This document shows, in pieces, positions 1 through 10,228 of a DNA stretch of 64,000 nt. The stretch comes from a virus (lineage: Duplodnaviria; Caudoviricetes), in IMG/VR virus record IMGVR_UViG_3300021256_000085, positions 1 through 64,000 of that record. One strand, 5' to 3'. Every line of letters begins with the position of its first letter. The first letter of the stretch is position 1. Under the pieces are notes generated by a model. The model did no database searches. It saw nothing but the letters and a program-made list of their open reading frames with translations, and was not told the origin of the DNA. The translations under genes and the position numbers were made by a program.

Positions 1-462
1 CATTATGATAGTGTTTTTTGTTATTTTTTAGGCCCTAATCGTGTTGAAACTATGACTCGAAAAGAATTTAAAGAACTATATGGATTCGAAGCAAAATTTA
101 AAGATTGCTCTTAAAACAGAAATAGATGTTAAAGAATAAAATTATGACAAAGGAAGAAGTTATTAAACAATTACAATGGAAAAGGGACAACGTATGTAAT
201 ATACGTAGTACTGATGATAAAGAACTTAAACTTATATGTAAAGTGCAAAGGGATGCTTATGATAGGTGTATTAAATTAATTGAGCAATAGATAAGTTATA
301 ATTATGACAGACAAGAATATTAGCATGTGGAAGGTAGAGGAGTTTCTTATTGATAATCTTAAGGAGCTTCCTATGGGAAATGGTAAGTTCAAGTTAAAAG
401 CAGAGTGTTCTCTTGCTGAATTTCTTGAAAAGTTTGAAAAATATATAAAAGAAGAATAAGAT

Positions 463-657
463 ATGGATCATTTTGAATTTATTTGTTTGCTTCTTTATTG
501 GCAGTTTTCTTCAGCATATATGATGAAGACGCTTAGAATTGAACATGAAAATAATATTGTAGATAGAATATACTATTGTTTCATTGGTTTAACATTAGGT
601 GCTTTATTGACTCCTTATCATTTGGCAATAGATATTTATGATAAATTACATAAATAA
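463..657 (+). CDS. small hydrophobic hypothetical protein
   Basis: ORF in co-directional run; two hydrophobic stretches. Confidence 0.55.
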   Translation: MDHFEFICLLLYWQFSSAYMMKTLRIEHENNIVDRIYYCFIGLTLGALLTPYHLAIDIYDKLHK

Positions 658-669
658 ATTTGTTATATT

Positions 670-897
670 ATGAATAAAATTATAAAATGGTGGAAACGTA
701 GAAAATTACGTAGAAATTTTGATTTACGACAAGCCTGTATAGACAAATACTCTAAAGAGTTTGGTGAAGAAGCAGGAAAAGAAATTGGAGAAATGTATGA
801 TTCTATAAATCGTGGTATTCCTATAGGTGGGTTTTTAGAAACTGCTGCATTTTTAGATATGGTTGAAAAAGTTAAAAAAGAAAGTGGATTATATTAA
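670..897 (+). CDS. hypothetical protein
   Basis: ORF in tightly packed + strand run. Confidence 0.6.
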   Translation: MNKIIKWWKRRKLRRNFDLRQACIDKYSKEFGEEAGKEIGEMYDSINRGIPIGGFLETAAFLDMVEKVKKESGLY

Positions 898-911
898 TAT
901 AAATATAGAAT

Positions 912-1148
912 ATGGATGATAATGAGAAGATAAGCGCAATGCTTATTAGACATATAAGACAAGAAAGAGGAAGTTTATCTAATGATGAAGCAACAGAGGC
1001 TATAGCTTGGATCGAAAAGCAAGCTGAGAAGTCTTCCAAGTGGAGTGAAGAAGATGAAAAGATGGTGAATGATATAATAGCAGCTATTGATACATTATAT
1101 TATCATGGAATGGTGAATTGGCTTAAAGGCCTCAAATCAAGAATATAA
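912..1148 (+). CDS. hypothetical, WSEEDE-repeat family
   Basis: WSEEDE..V..II...WLK motif shared with 1158 and 4969. Confidence 0.7.
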   Translation: MDDNEKISAMLIRHIRQERGSLSNDEATEAIAWIEKQAEKSSKWSEEDEKMVNDIIAAIDTLYYHGMVNWLKGLKSRI

Positions 1149-1157
1149 GAATAAATT

Positions 1158-1760
1158 ATGAAAGAAATGACGACTGAGCAAAAGGCAAGAGCCTATGATA
1201 AGGTGCGAGAAATAATTGCACTAAAATTTGGTTCTAATGCGGTAGAAGAAATCTTTTCCAAATTTGAAGAGCCTGAGAATGAGAAAATAAGGAAAGCTCT
1301 AATCAATGTTTTTGCTACACATAAAGATTATGAGATGTTTTTTGGTGTATCTGTAAAAGATATTCTTTCCTGGCTCGAAAAGCAAGATGAGCAGAAGTCT
1401 GTTGAGTGGAGCAAGGAAGATGAAAAGTATATTTACAATATTGCTTATTTTCTTGAACATCCAACTATGTTAGGCGAATGTAATAAACATATTGCTATAG
1501 AAATGATTAATTGGATTAAATCTATCAAAAATAGAATGCAACCACAAGAGTGGAGTAAAGAGGATGAAGTAAATTTAAATGAAGCACTTTCTTATATTAA
1601 AGATGATGCTTTAAAAGAGTTTATTAGATCTCTTAAATATTATAAGAAGTGGAAGCCAACTGAAAAACAGATAAATGCTTTGTGTGATGTTCTATATCTA
1701 AAAGATATTAAGTATGATATATTATCTGAACTTTTGAAGTGTTTAAAAAAATTAAAATAG
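1158..1760 (+). CDS. hypothetical, WSEEDE-repeat family (2 repeats)
   Basis: WSKEDE twice; EQKARAYD N-terminus. Confidence 0.75.
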   Translation: MKEMTTEQKARAYDKVREIIALKFGSNAVEEIFSKFEEPENEKIRKALINVFATHKDYEMFFGVSVKDILSWLEKQDEQKSVEWSKEDEKYIYNIAYFLEHPTMLGECNKHIAIEMINWIKSIKNRMQPQEWSKEDEVNLNEALSYIKDDALKEFIRSLKYYKKWKPTEKQINALCDVLYLKDIKYDILSELLKCLKKLK

Positions 1761-1920
1761 TAAAACTATGAAAAACCTTAGTATAGAACAAAAGACTGAA
1801 GCCGATGATGAGGCTTTTATAGAAGTAAGTTATTCATCATCTGCAGAAGGTTTTGTTTTTAATGGTTGGAGATATTTTTGGTTGGGTATAGATAGTTACG
1901 AATTGTTATATTATTGAATT

Positions 1921-2382
1921 ATGGAACCATATATTAGTAAAGCCGCTTTAATGGCAAAGATTAGAAACCGCTTACTACCAGTAATTAGAGATAAGCATTA
2001 TGATGAATTTGAAGAAGGGCAAAATAGTGAACGTATAGCCATACTTAACATTATTGACACTCTTGAAACAAAAGAGGTCGATATTGAAAAAGAAGTTATA
2101 GATTGGTGGAATGCTTATTATTCTTCAAAAGCTTATACATTTGAAGGATATACTGGGCATTATCTTGAAAATTCTACATTAATTAAGATTGCCAAGCATT
2201 TCTTTGAATTAGGACAGCTTAATACAATGAAAGAGGTGGACTTAGATAAACTTGGAGAAATAGCAAGACATCTTATAGCTGTAAAAGAGCATATTGAAGA
2301 TATGCGATTGTATGAAGAAGAATGGCTTATACTTGAAAAAATTGGTTATCCAGAAAGATTTAAAACCAAGAAAGGAGAATAA
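1921..2382 (+). CDS. hypothetical, EVDLEKE/IAKHFFELG family
   Basis: MxxYISK..., EVDIEKE, IAKHFFELG motifs shared with 4268, 4699, 20477. Confidence 0.75.
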   Translation: MEPYISKAALMAKIRNRLLPVIRDKHYDEFEEGQNSERIAILNIIDTLETKEVDIEKEVIDWWNAYYSSKAYTFEGYTGHYLENSTLIKIAKHFFELGQLNTMKEVDLDKLGEIARHLIAVKEHIEDMRLYEEEWLILEKIGYPERFKTKKGE

Positions 2383-2400
2383 AAAAGTTATATGAATTTA

Positions 2401-2450
2401 AAATTTTAATATAGTTTGAATTTTTTGAATGTTCTTTACTATATTCTAAA
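2401..2450 (+). promoter_or_regulatory. repeated early-type promoter element (copy 1, ATATAGT form)
   Basis: AATATAGTTTGAA-N-TACTATATT; TTTG-N21-TATATT spacing resembles Bacteroidota sigma-A -33/-7; 9 similar copies, each about 25-60 nt before an ATG. Confidence 0.7.
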
Positions 2451-2477
2451 TATAATTAATTTAAAAAATAAAGTAAT

Positions 2478-2861
2478 ATGACACCATTTATTATTGAAAT
2501 TGTAATTAGAAACGGTAAAGATGAAAAGTCAGTGATTAATCAGTTTTCCATGAATGATATGGTTAAGTTTGCTTCATTTATTGCAATGATTAAGCAGAAT
2601 CTGGAACATTCTGATTATTATAATTGGTTTAAGAAGTTACCAACTAAATATGAATATGAAAATGATTGTTCTGTTCTTGATATTGATAGAATAAGGGAGC
2701 ATTTCATAATTCAGTTTGGATTTTATTTTGAAGATTATTTAGAAGGTTCAGAATCTAACAAAATCAATTCTTTCAAGGAATTTTTCTATAGATTTACCCC
2801 AGATGGAGCTGATGAAATTATTGATATTAAATTATACAATGTTGATGAACTTAAATTTTGA
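2478..2861 (+). CDS. hypothetical protein
   Basis: first gene after promoter element. Confidence 0.7.
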   Translation: MTPFIIEIVIRNGKDEKSVINQFSMNDMVKFASFIAMIKQNLEHSDYYNWFKKLPTKYEYENDCSVLDIDRIREHFIIQFGFYFEDYLEGSESNKINSFKEFFYRFTPDGADEIIDIKLYNVDELKF

Positions 2862-2869
2862 ATTAAAAT

Positions 2870-3073
2870 ATGAAACAACTTAAAGTTACAACTACCGCAT
2901 CATCTATTGTTACTCTTGATGGACTTGATGTGGATGATGTTATTAGACAGGCTGCAAATCTTGCACATGAAGTATTAGAGGAATTATCTATTTATAGACA
3001 ACAAAATAATTTAGATGATACATTTTCTTGTGAAGGGTCAGCTTGTGAATTTCTTGATTTGATTGATGATTAA
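2870..3073 (+). CDS. hypothetical acidic protein
   Basis: ORF in run. Confidence 0.6.
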   Translation: MKQLKVTTTASSIVTLDGLDVDDVIRQAANLAHEVLEELSIYRQQNNLDDTFSCEGSACEFLDLIDD

Positions 3074-3261
3074 TTATGGAAAAGACATTTGAAACTATAG
3101 AAGATATTTGTTATAAAGAAGCAAATGAAGGGAGTGAGTTGATATCAGTTTCTCTTGTAGTAAAAGATAGAAATTCAGGAGAAATAAGAGTTTATAATTC
3201 AAATGAATATTACGGAATAAGTGAATATAATTCTGATAATTAAAAAGTTAAAAATTAAATT

Positions 3262-3774
3262 ATGGATCAATATATTAATAAGTATTTACATATTACTTTA
3301 GAAGGTAATAAGGTGAATGTATTATGCGCTTATGATGGGGTATTTGGATATTCTGCCACGTTAAAGGATTGGCAGGATTATGAGAGATATTGCGATGAAA
3401 GGGCAAATGATTGGATATCATCTCCGTATGCCAATTATGATAGTTACAATAAAGAAGATAGAGAAAAAATATCTAAGAAATGGATTGAAGCAAAGAATCT
3501 TAGAGAAGGTTCCTATGAGTATTATTTCAATTTAGAAGATCCTAAAGAGTGTTTCCGTAATGAAGTTGCTGAATTAGCTAAACGTATGGGAATAACTGAT
3601 GAAGATATTTTAGAAATGAAAGAAATAGATTTAGAGAAAGAAATTAAAGATTATATCTACACACTTCCACATTCACGTACTGGTATTCCTGGAGGTTGGA
3701 AATGTTCTTGGCCAGAGGAAGAAGTGATAAAAATTGTAAAACATTTTTTAGGAAGTTATGGCAAAAAAGGGTAA
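3262..3774 (+). CDS. hypothetical with C-terminal EIDLEKEI...IVKHF module
   Basis: family motif at C-terminus. Confidence 0.7.
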   Translation: MDQYINKYLHITLEGNKVNVLCAYDGVFGYSATLKDWQDYERYCDERANDWISSPYANYDSYNKEDREKISKKWIEAKNLREGSYEYYFNLEDPKECFRNEVAELAKRMGITDEDILEMKEIDLEKEIKDYIYTLPHSRTGIPGGWKCSWPEEEVIKIVKHFLGSYGKKG

Positions 3775-3892
3775 AAGAAAATATGAAAGATGTTGTTACA
3801 ATTGTCAATATAGATGGGCTGATTGTAAAGAAAAGTTCAAAGTAGAGATTTGTGATAGATTTAAATTTGATTCAACAAGTAAGTCAATGTAA
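3758..3892 (+). CDS. 44-aa Cys-rich microprotein
   Basis: own translation: MAKKGKRKYERCCYNCQYRWADCKEK...ICDRF; below ORF-track cutoff. Confidence 0.5.
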   Translation: MAKKGKRKYERCCYNCQYRWADCKEKFKVEICDRFKFDSTSKSM

Positions 3893-3966
3893 AAAATATG
3901 ACACGGTACATAAATAAATTAAAAGGAGAATATAAGGATTAGAATATAAATCGTAATTTACAACTT

Positions 3967-4284
3967 ATGGGAAAGTTAATAGATAAAGATATTTTAGCAA
4001 CAGAGATTATTAAATTAAAAGGCAAAGTGTGGGATGGTTCTTCTTATTGCATTGGGTGGCAACATGCTTTGCGTATGCTAGAAATAGAACTCAATACTAT
4101 TGAAACAAAAGAGGAAGATGTAACTGATAAGAAAACTGAATGGGCACCAAGTAAAAAACAAATGGATTCTTTAGAAGATATGTTAAAGTGGAACATTGGT
4201 GACTTTGATTATCAAAAATGGATGGAAGTCCATTTACTTTATAACGACTTAATAAAACTAGTAGATTATGAAACTAATAGATAA
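3967..4284 (+). CDS. hypothetical, MGKLIDKD...W.PSxxQ family
   Basis: N-terminal motif like 4268/9754; C-terminal WAPSKKQ like 1158/4969. Confidence 0.7.
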   Translation: MGKLIDKDILATEIIKLKGKVWDGSSYCIGWQHALRMLEIELNTIETKEEDVTDKKTEWAPSKKQMDSLEDMLKWNIGDFDYQKWMEVHLLYNDLIKLVDYETNR

Positions 4285-4702
4285 AGATAAAGTTGCAGTG
4301 GAGATAGATGAAAGGCTTCATAAATACGAACAAGAATATGCGGAATGTGCTCGTGATGAATTTTGGGGTACAGCAAGAAAGATAAGACCAAAAATTGAAG
4401 AATTAAAAGATTTCCGTTCTTTCATTGATAATATTGAAGTGAAAGAAGTAGATTATGATAAGGCTCTTGAAAGAGCTAAAGGTGAATATCAAACACATAA
4501 ATCCTTTAATGGGTTTCGAGAAATGTTAGTTCGTATTTTCCCAGAACTTCATGAAAATGAGAATGAGATGGAATTAGAAAAGAAACTAACTGGGTTTCAG
4601 AATAGATATGCTTATGAAAATAGTGGAGAGTTACCATCTGCTATTGAAATAGCCAAACATTTCTTTAAATTAGGATTAACACAAAAAAAAGAATATTTAT
4701 GA
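4268..4702 (+). CDS. hypothetical, EVD/IAKHFF family
   Basis: MKLIDKD, EVKEVD, IAKHFFKLG. Confidence 0.75.
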   Translation: MKLIDKDKVAVEIDERLHKYEQEYAECARDEFWGTARKIRPKIEELKDFRSFIDNIEVKEVDYDKALERAKGEYQTHKSFNGFREMLVRIFPELHENENEMELEKKLTGFQNRYAYENSGELPSAIEIAKHFFKLGLTQKKEYL

Positions 4703-4959
4703 AATATATTGACGTAGAAAAACTAAAAGATGCAATAGAAAATATTAGTTTGAATCCACAAACAAGTGCTGACTATAATGATGGACGTAATGATATAAAG
4801 ATGATGATTCTTGACATCATTGACTCTCTCCAACGGGATAGCTCGGAAATGGATTTAGAAAAAGAAATTACACGGGTATCAAAAAATGAGTATTTTGATT
4901 TTACTGATTGGAAGTCTATTGCTCGTCATTTCTATGTATTTGGATTAAAAACAAAATAA
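4699..4959 (+). CDS. hypothetical, DLEKEI/IARHF family
   Basis: family motifs; ATGA overlap. Confidence 0.7.
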   Translation: MKYIDVEKLKDAIENISLNPQTSADYNDGRNDIKMMILDIIDSLQRDSSEMDLEKEITRVSKNEYFDFTDWKSIARHFYVFGLKTK

Positions 4960-4968
4960 TAATAAGTT

Positions 4969-6138
4969 ATGAAAGCAAAAATTGATTTAGAGAAATTTAT
5001 TTGTTCTTATGTAAAATATAACAATATACAGGATGCCTTGAAAGATCAAGGTTTGAAATGTTGTAATGATGAGATTGTTGAAATATCACAAGAAAGCGAT
5101 GACAAGATAAAGAAAGATATTGTTGCAGCCGTAGAGACTTATGGTGACTTCACACAACATCGGAAAGAGGAAATTTATGCTTGGCTTAAAAAGCAAAATG
5201 AGACACCTATGGATGTTATGGATATTGAAAAGCAATATGATATAGATGTTCTAGAAAAGCATATTACGAAAGATTCTATTTCTGAATTAGCGCATACAGT
5301 TATTGTTCGTAATGGTTGGGAAATAGTTGATGCAAAAGAACAAAAACCCATTGAGAAGAAAGAATTGAAAAAAATTGTTGTTCCTATTTTTAATATTGGT
5401 GATACTATTATAGATAAAGACTTTTATGAATGTGGCACCGAAACTATTAAGGACATTAAAGACGGACAATATATTTTTACTGATGGTTATAGTATAAACA
5501 TTGATGAACAAGAGGGTTGGCAACTTGTTAAAGCTTCTGCCAATATTGAGCGAAATTCTACTGAATGGAGTGAAGAGGATGAGGGTTTTTTGAATTTACT
5601 TTTAGCCATATTTAAAGTTGAGCACCCAAATGGTATTTTCTCAACTGGCAATATAACTGTATTTAATGGGGATAGTGTCACTTCAAACAGAATTATTGAT
5701 TGGATCAAATCCATCAAAGATAGAGCACAGTCAAAATTCACTAAGTGGACTGAAGAGGATGAAAGAATAAAAAATCATGTACTACAAATAATCAAAAAAT
5801 ATTGGAATTCCTTGCCTGATACGGATTATGACGAAAATGAAATATCTGAGTCTTGTTATAATTGGATAGAATCTTTCAAGGGCTACATTCAACCCCATTC
5901 AAAACAAGAGTGGACTGAAGAGGATGAACGTATATATCAATCTATAATTGATGATACAGTGCAAGAAAACCAATTAGATGATAAACAAATAAATTGGCTT
6001 AAATTACTCAAACAAAGATATGGGTGGAAACCAAGTAAGGAGCAGATTATTGCTTTAAGATGGGTACTAAATAATATTCCATATAATAAACATAAAGAAG
6101 AAATAAGCGGATTACTTGACCAAATAAAAAACCTATAA
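4969..6138 (+). CDS. multi-module hypothetical with three W(S/T)EEDE repeats
   Basis: WSEEDE, WTEEDE x2, small beta module (FNIGDTI), terminal WKPSKEQ. Confidence 0.8.
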   Translation: MKAKIDLEKFICSYVKYNNIQDALKDQGLKCCNDEIVEISQESDDKIKKDIVAAVETYGDFTQHRKEEIYAWLKKQNETPMDVMDIEKQYDIDVLEKHITKDSISELAHTVIVRNGWEIVDAKEQKPIEKKELKKIVVPIFNIGDTIIDKDFYECGTETIKDIKDGQYIFTDGYSINIDEQEGWQLVKASANIERNSTEWSEEDEGFLNLLLAIFKVEHPNGIFSTGNITVFNGDSVTSNRIIDWIKSIKDRAQSKFTKWTEEDERIKNHVLQIIKKYWNSLPDTDYDENEISESCYNWIESFKGYIQPHSKQEWTEEDERIYQSIIDDTVQENQLDDKQINWLKLLKQRYGWKPSKEQIIALRWVLNNIPYNKHKEEISGLLDQIKNL

Positions 6139-6331
6139 GTTATGAAAAAAGAAGAATATGAATTAATAAAATTGTGGTTTGAGCATATTGCACAAATTGC
6201 TGATGATAGGAAAACACTCACCGGTGTTGTGATGGATGATGCCCATGCTCTTGATGAAATCAGAGCAATTGCTAAGGATAGTATTTATTTTATTGAACAT
6301 CATATGTATAACAATTAAAATTTTAGAAATT

Positions 6332-6712
6332 ATGAACACATTGTATTGGATGAACGTACTTGGAAACATTCGTGGATTTGCATTTGTTTTGCTTGTTATT
6401 TTGATTATTTTTTATATTTTTATGTTAATATCAGTACTTGTAACATGCTGTGAAACAGATTTTGATGAATTTCCAAAGAGACATTTAAACATCTTAAAAA
6501 AGACAGTAATACCTGCAATTATTGTTGTGATGCTATCAATATTTATTCCAACCAAAAAAGAGTCTTTATTTATTTATGGAGTTGGAGGAACATTTGATTA
6601 TATTAAAGAAAATCCTACTGCACAAAAATTACCTGATAAGTTTATTAAAGTGATGAATAATTGGGCAGATATGGAACTTAAAAATGATTCAACTATAAAT
6701 ATTAAAAAATAA
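6332..6712 (+). CDS. membrane hypothetical protein
   Basis: start moved to MNTLYW; two hydrophobic helices. Confidence 0.65.
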   Translation: MNTLYWMNVLGNIRGFAFVLLVILIIFYIFMLISVLVTCCETDFDEFPKRHLNILKKTVIPAIIVVMLSIFIPTKKESLFIYGVGGTFDYIKENPTAQKLPDKFIKVMNNWADMELKNDSTINIKK

Positions 6713-6716
6713 AATT

Positions 6717-7550
6717 ATGAAACTTGGAAATGTAGTACTTCTTTGTAAAGGGTGGTATAAAATGCGTCATAATACCCGTCTTGATTTATTTTGGATGGAT
6801 ATGGCGCATGCTATTAATGCCGATGGTTGGACGGTGAAAACTAAAAATGATGTATCTACTTGGTGTATATATCGTCTTGATGATATGCGTAATAATCCTA
6901 AACTCGATAATTATAAAAACCAATTTACATTTGCATATATTCTTGATTCTATTAATGGTTGGATTCGACGTGCTTCATGGAGTAATATTGAATTGAGTCA
7001 AGAAGATGCAATCATTTGGGTATTTAGAGATATTGTGCAGGGATTAAGTAAAGATTGTTTTGATGAAGAGCTAAAGCCAAATCCAAATGTACTTCCGGTA
7101 GATCTACAAGAATCATGGTTAGATGATGGTAAATATAGTAAAACACCAAAGTTTTATTTTAGTCAGTTGATGTGTGAGTATATGGATATGGTTAATGAAA
7201 GTATGCCAAATGCAAAAGAACAAGATATTGATGAAGATGATTATGATTGGATAGAAAGTTTCTTGAATAAAGAATCTTGGAAAGATGTACAAATTGAACT
7301 TGGTGAAGATAATTTGAATGATTGTATTGAAGTAGAATGCAGAGCTTTTGATTTGAAAAAAAGAAATATTCCATCTCTTGGAGAATATTATATTGAACTT
7401 GGAAAATTTGAAAATTGTAAAGACTTAGAAGAATGTAAAGATTTCAATAAGAAGTTTATTGTTCGTCTTTATAAGGAAATTACTCATTATAATACTCCAG
7501 AATGGGAAGATGATATTACTTATTATGTAAAATCAATTCGTGAAGTATGA
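6717..7550 (+). CDS. hypothetical protein
   Basis: 277-aa ORF, no recognised motif. Confidence 0.7.
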   Translation: MKLGNVVLLCKGWYKMRHNTRLDLFWMDMAHAINADGWTVKTKNDVSTWCIYRLDDMRNNPKLDNYKNQFTFAYILDSINGWIRRASWSNIELSQEDAIIWVFRDIVQGLSKDCFDEELKPNPNVLPVDLQESWLDDGKYSKTPKFYFSQLMCEYMDMVNESMPNAKEQDIDEDDYDWIESFLNKESWKDVQIELGEDNLNDCIEVECRAFDLKKRNIPSLGEYYIELGKFENCKDLEECKDFNKKFIVRLYKEITHYNTPEWEDDITYYVKSIREV

Positions 7551-7711
7551 CCAAAGAAGAAATTATAAAGAAGTTTCCATTTTCTGTCGATAATCATTGT
7601 TATGGAGAAATGGGAGTTTGTACATTATGCTCTTATTTTGAAATCTGTGATAAGATGTTACCTGGATTTACAAAACCAGGAAAATGTGGAGGACCATTTT
7701 ATAAAAATTAA
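7547..7711 (+). CDS. 54-aa Cys-rich microprotein
   Basis: ATGA overlap; HCYGEMGVCTLCSYFEIC...KC. Confidence 0.55.
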   Translation: MTKEEIIKKFPFSVDNHCYGEMGVCTLCSYFEICDKMLPGFTKPGKCGGPFYKN

Positions 7712-7750
7712 ATATAGTTTGAATTTTTAATGTTTTTGTACTATATTATT
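7705..7750 (+). promoter_or_regulatory. repeated early-type promoter element (ATATAGT form)
   Basis: AATATAGTTTGAATTTT...TACTATATT. Confidence 0.7.
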
Positions 7751-7772
7751 TATGTAATTAAAATAAATAAGT

Positions 7773-8063
7773 ATGAAGACGATGACACTTGAAGAAGAAA
7801 TGAAGCTTTGGGAAGAACGTGCTAATGATGAGTTTGGTACTATTCTCAAGCAAATCAAAGAAGCAACTAAGGATTATCTTTATTCTTGGGAAGAAATGGG
7901 AATTGAGTATAATGTTCTTTCTTCACCAATTACTATGTATGCTTTAAATGGTAATCGTAGATGTGTAGCGGTTTCAATCAAGCATATTCTTACACAATAT
8001 GATATCCTTGGTAATCATCTTGAAGTAAAAAAATTAGTTAATAAATTATTTAAATTGTTTTAA
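7773..8063 (+). CDS. hypothetical protein
   Basis: first gene after promoter element. Confidence 0.7.
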   Translation: MKTMTLEEEMKLWEERANDEFGTILKQIKEATKDYLYSWEEMGIEYNVLSSPITMYALNGNRRCVAVSIKHILTQYDILGNHLEVKKLVNKLFKLF

Positions 8064-8189
8064 TTACATGGTAGAAAAATATCGTAATGATTGTTTTGTA
8101 GGTTATCCTTTCGAGGATTACAATGATTGGCTTTTTGAACGAACTCTTCGGATTATTGAAGAAAATGAAGTTGAAGATTAAGTAAAAAT

Positions 8190-8537
8190 ATGAAAAAGCC
8201 ATTTAATACTTATACAAATCGAAATGGTCAGACACTTCCTAAGTCAGCAACCATTCCATCAAGTCCTGAAATTCTGAATTGGCTTAAGGAAAATTTCCAT
8301 TTTGCCTGGGCAAATTCTGGAAAACTTATTGATGAAAGTAAACCTTATATTATCATTGGTATAAGTGCTTCACATCAAGGATATATCTATTCTCATATTT
8401 CCACTTGTGATGAACATGAAATCTCTATGTATGACCCACATATGATTAAAGACTTTACCGATGAGGAAGCATTTAAGAAGTATTTGAATTGGGCTAGTAA
8501 ATTTCCTAAGAAACTTGTTAATGCAAATTTTGATTAA
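8190..8537 (+). CDS. hypothetical protein
   Basis: ORF in run. Confidence 0.65.
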   Translation: MKKPFNTYTNRNGQTLPKSATIPSSPEILNWLKENFHFAWANSGKLIDESKPYIIIGISASHQGYIYSHISTCDEHEISMYDPHMIKDFTDEEAFKKYLNWASKFPKKLVNANFD

Positions 8538-8543
8538 ATAAAC

Positions 8544-8795
8544 ATGAAAAGAATTCGTAAACAGATACTTAAAGATGCTTGTTGGTATTTTGTCGAGAAA
8601 GTTGACAAGAAGCCAAAGTTCTTCAATGACATCACAAATACCATTAACACTGCTATTGAGATCGAAGGAATTATTGAAATAGATGAAAAGCTTATTCAAG
8701 ATATTTGTGACTATTGTGAAAACGAAGCAATTTATGATAAGCTTGGTCAATATGGAGATTTCTATTATAAACTTGCAAGATATTTTTGGATATAA
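8544..8795 (+). CDS. hypothetical protein
   Basis: ORF in run. Confidence 0.65.
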   Translation: MKRIRKQILKDACWYFVEKVDKKPKFFNDITNTINTAIEIEGIIEIDEKLIQDICDYCENEAIYDKLGQYGDFYYKLARYFWI

Positions 8796-9100
8796 ATAAA
8801 ATGATTAATTCAATTTTACTTAACTGGACTGAGGAAGATAATAAGCGAATTGACCGTATTTGTGGATTTATCTGGAAATCAAGAAAAGGTGATACCGATG
8901 AAATATTTCAACAAGAACAGGATATTAAATGGTTACAAAGTCTAAAACATTAAAATGGAAAAAATAGATTACGGATCACTTTATGGTGTAAGACCAGGTG
9001 AAAGAGATTTTTCCGGTGCTATTCAAAGATCTCTAAATAATGGGATTAAACACATCGATATAAATTTTATTCAAATGTATGAAAATTTTCGCAACAAATA

Positions 9101-9280
9101 ATGAATGAATTAGAATATTTATTAACCAAATGTGGTCTTGAATGGAATTATCCAAATTGCCCGGGTAAAGGAATATGTTCTACATGTGATAATAAAAAAC
9201 AAATAGAATATAATTTAGATAAGTATAAACATAAAGAAGTAAAATTGGTTAAACATAAAATTAAGGTTATTCTATTTTAA
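9101..9280 (+). CDS. 59-aa Cys-containing microprotein
   Basis: own translation: KCGLEWNYPNCPGKGICSTCD. Confidence 0.45.
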   Translation: MNELEYLLTKCGLEWNYPNCPGKGICSTCDNKKQIEYNLDKYKHKEVKLVKHKIKVILF

Positions 9281-9296
9281 TATATATAAATCTAAT

Positions 9297-9638
9297 ATGA
9301 ATAAGATTTGTACAGATATAAACCAATCCAAGAAACTAATAGAACTTGGGATTAATATAAATACCGCTGATATGTTATGGACGTATGATTTTATGGTTAA
9401 TGATATTAATGGACTTAACGTAATATCAGAGCAACTTAAACCAGAAGAAAAAGATATTCCTGCTTGGAGTCTTTCTATACTGTTCAGAATGCTCCCGAAA
9501 TCAGCATATTTAGAAAGAGGTTCTTCTACGGAATTATGCCGAGTAAATCTACCAATAGAACTCAAATGCTCTGATTGGTATTTAGATCCAATTGATGCAT
9601 TATTTGAAATTACATGTTCACTTTTAGAAGAAAAATAA
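9297..9638 (+). CDS. hypothetical, MNKICTDINQ...IPAWSLS family
   Basis: paralog of 12347 and 18596. Confidence 0.75.
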   Translation: MNKICTDINQSKKLIELGININTADMLWTYDFMVNDINGLNVISEQLKPEEKDIPAWSLSILFRMLPKSAYLERGSSTELCRVNLPIELKCSDWYLDPIDALFEITCSLLEEK

Positions 9639-9737
9639 ATATAGAAGGAATCCAGGTTAGAATCCTGTTTGGAAACAGACTACACATCACTGTTTGCCTG
9701 TTTGGTGTATAGAATTTGAAATAGCACATCTATATTT
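9637..9737. ncRNA. candidate structured intergenic RNA element with T-arm-like hairpin
   Basis: 9-bp closing stem AAATATAGA/TCTATATTT; CAGG-TTAGAAT-CCTG hairpin; AAACAG/CTGTTT and TACAC/GTGTA pairings; locally GC-richer. Confidence 0.35.
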
Positions 9738-9753
9738 TAAAAAAATGATTATT

Positions 9754-10221
9754 ATGAAACCTATAGACAAAGATGCTATAATAGCAGAGATAGAGAGATT
9801 GCAAAATGATATAAAAGCAACCGCTATTGATGGTAGAATAAGTAAAGAACAAGCCGAAGCATATAAAGTATGTGTAAAACTAAGAAGTTTAGTTGAAGAC
9901 ACCCTTGAAGTGAAAGATGTGAAAAAAGAGACTATGAGTGATGATTTGGAGGAAGCAATAGGTCAATCTTTTATCTACCATGAGAGTCATGGTGACGATT
10001 TTAGAAGTGACAAGCAAATAGAAACCGCATACATATGTGGTTTTAAGACTGGTGCAAAATGGGCTGATGAACATTCGATTGAGGTGAAAGAAGTGGATTC
10101 GGATAAAGAACTTGTTGAGGAAATCTACTCTCATATTGATAATATTAAAGATACTGCTGATAGAATGGCATGCGGTAATTTGATGCACCACATATTAGAT
10201 TTAATTGGTCTTAAAGCATAG
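9754..10221 (+). CDS. hypothetical, MKPIDKD/EVKEVD family
   Basis: start moved to MKPIDKD by family alignment. Confidence 0.7.
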   Translation: MKPIDKDAIIAEIERLQNDIKATAIDGRISKEQAEAYKVCVKLRSLVEDTLEVKDVKKETMSDDLEEAIGQSFIYHESHGDDFRSDKQIETAYICGFKTGAKWADEHSIEVKEVDSDKELVEEIYSHIDNIKDTADRMACGNLMHHILDLIGLKA

Positions 10222-10228
10222 ATAAATT

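Noticed and set aside
5287-9902. Many short minus-strand ORFs in the early region
   Set aside because: They overlap better-supported family-motif genes on the + strand and lack promoters or terminators.
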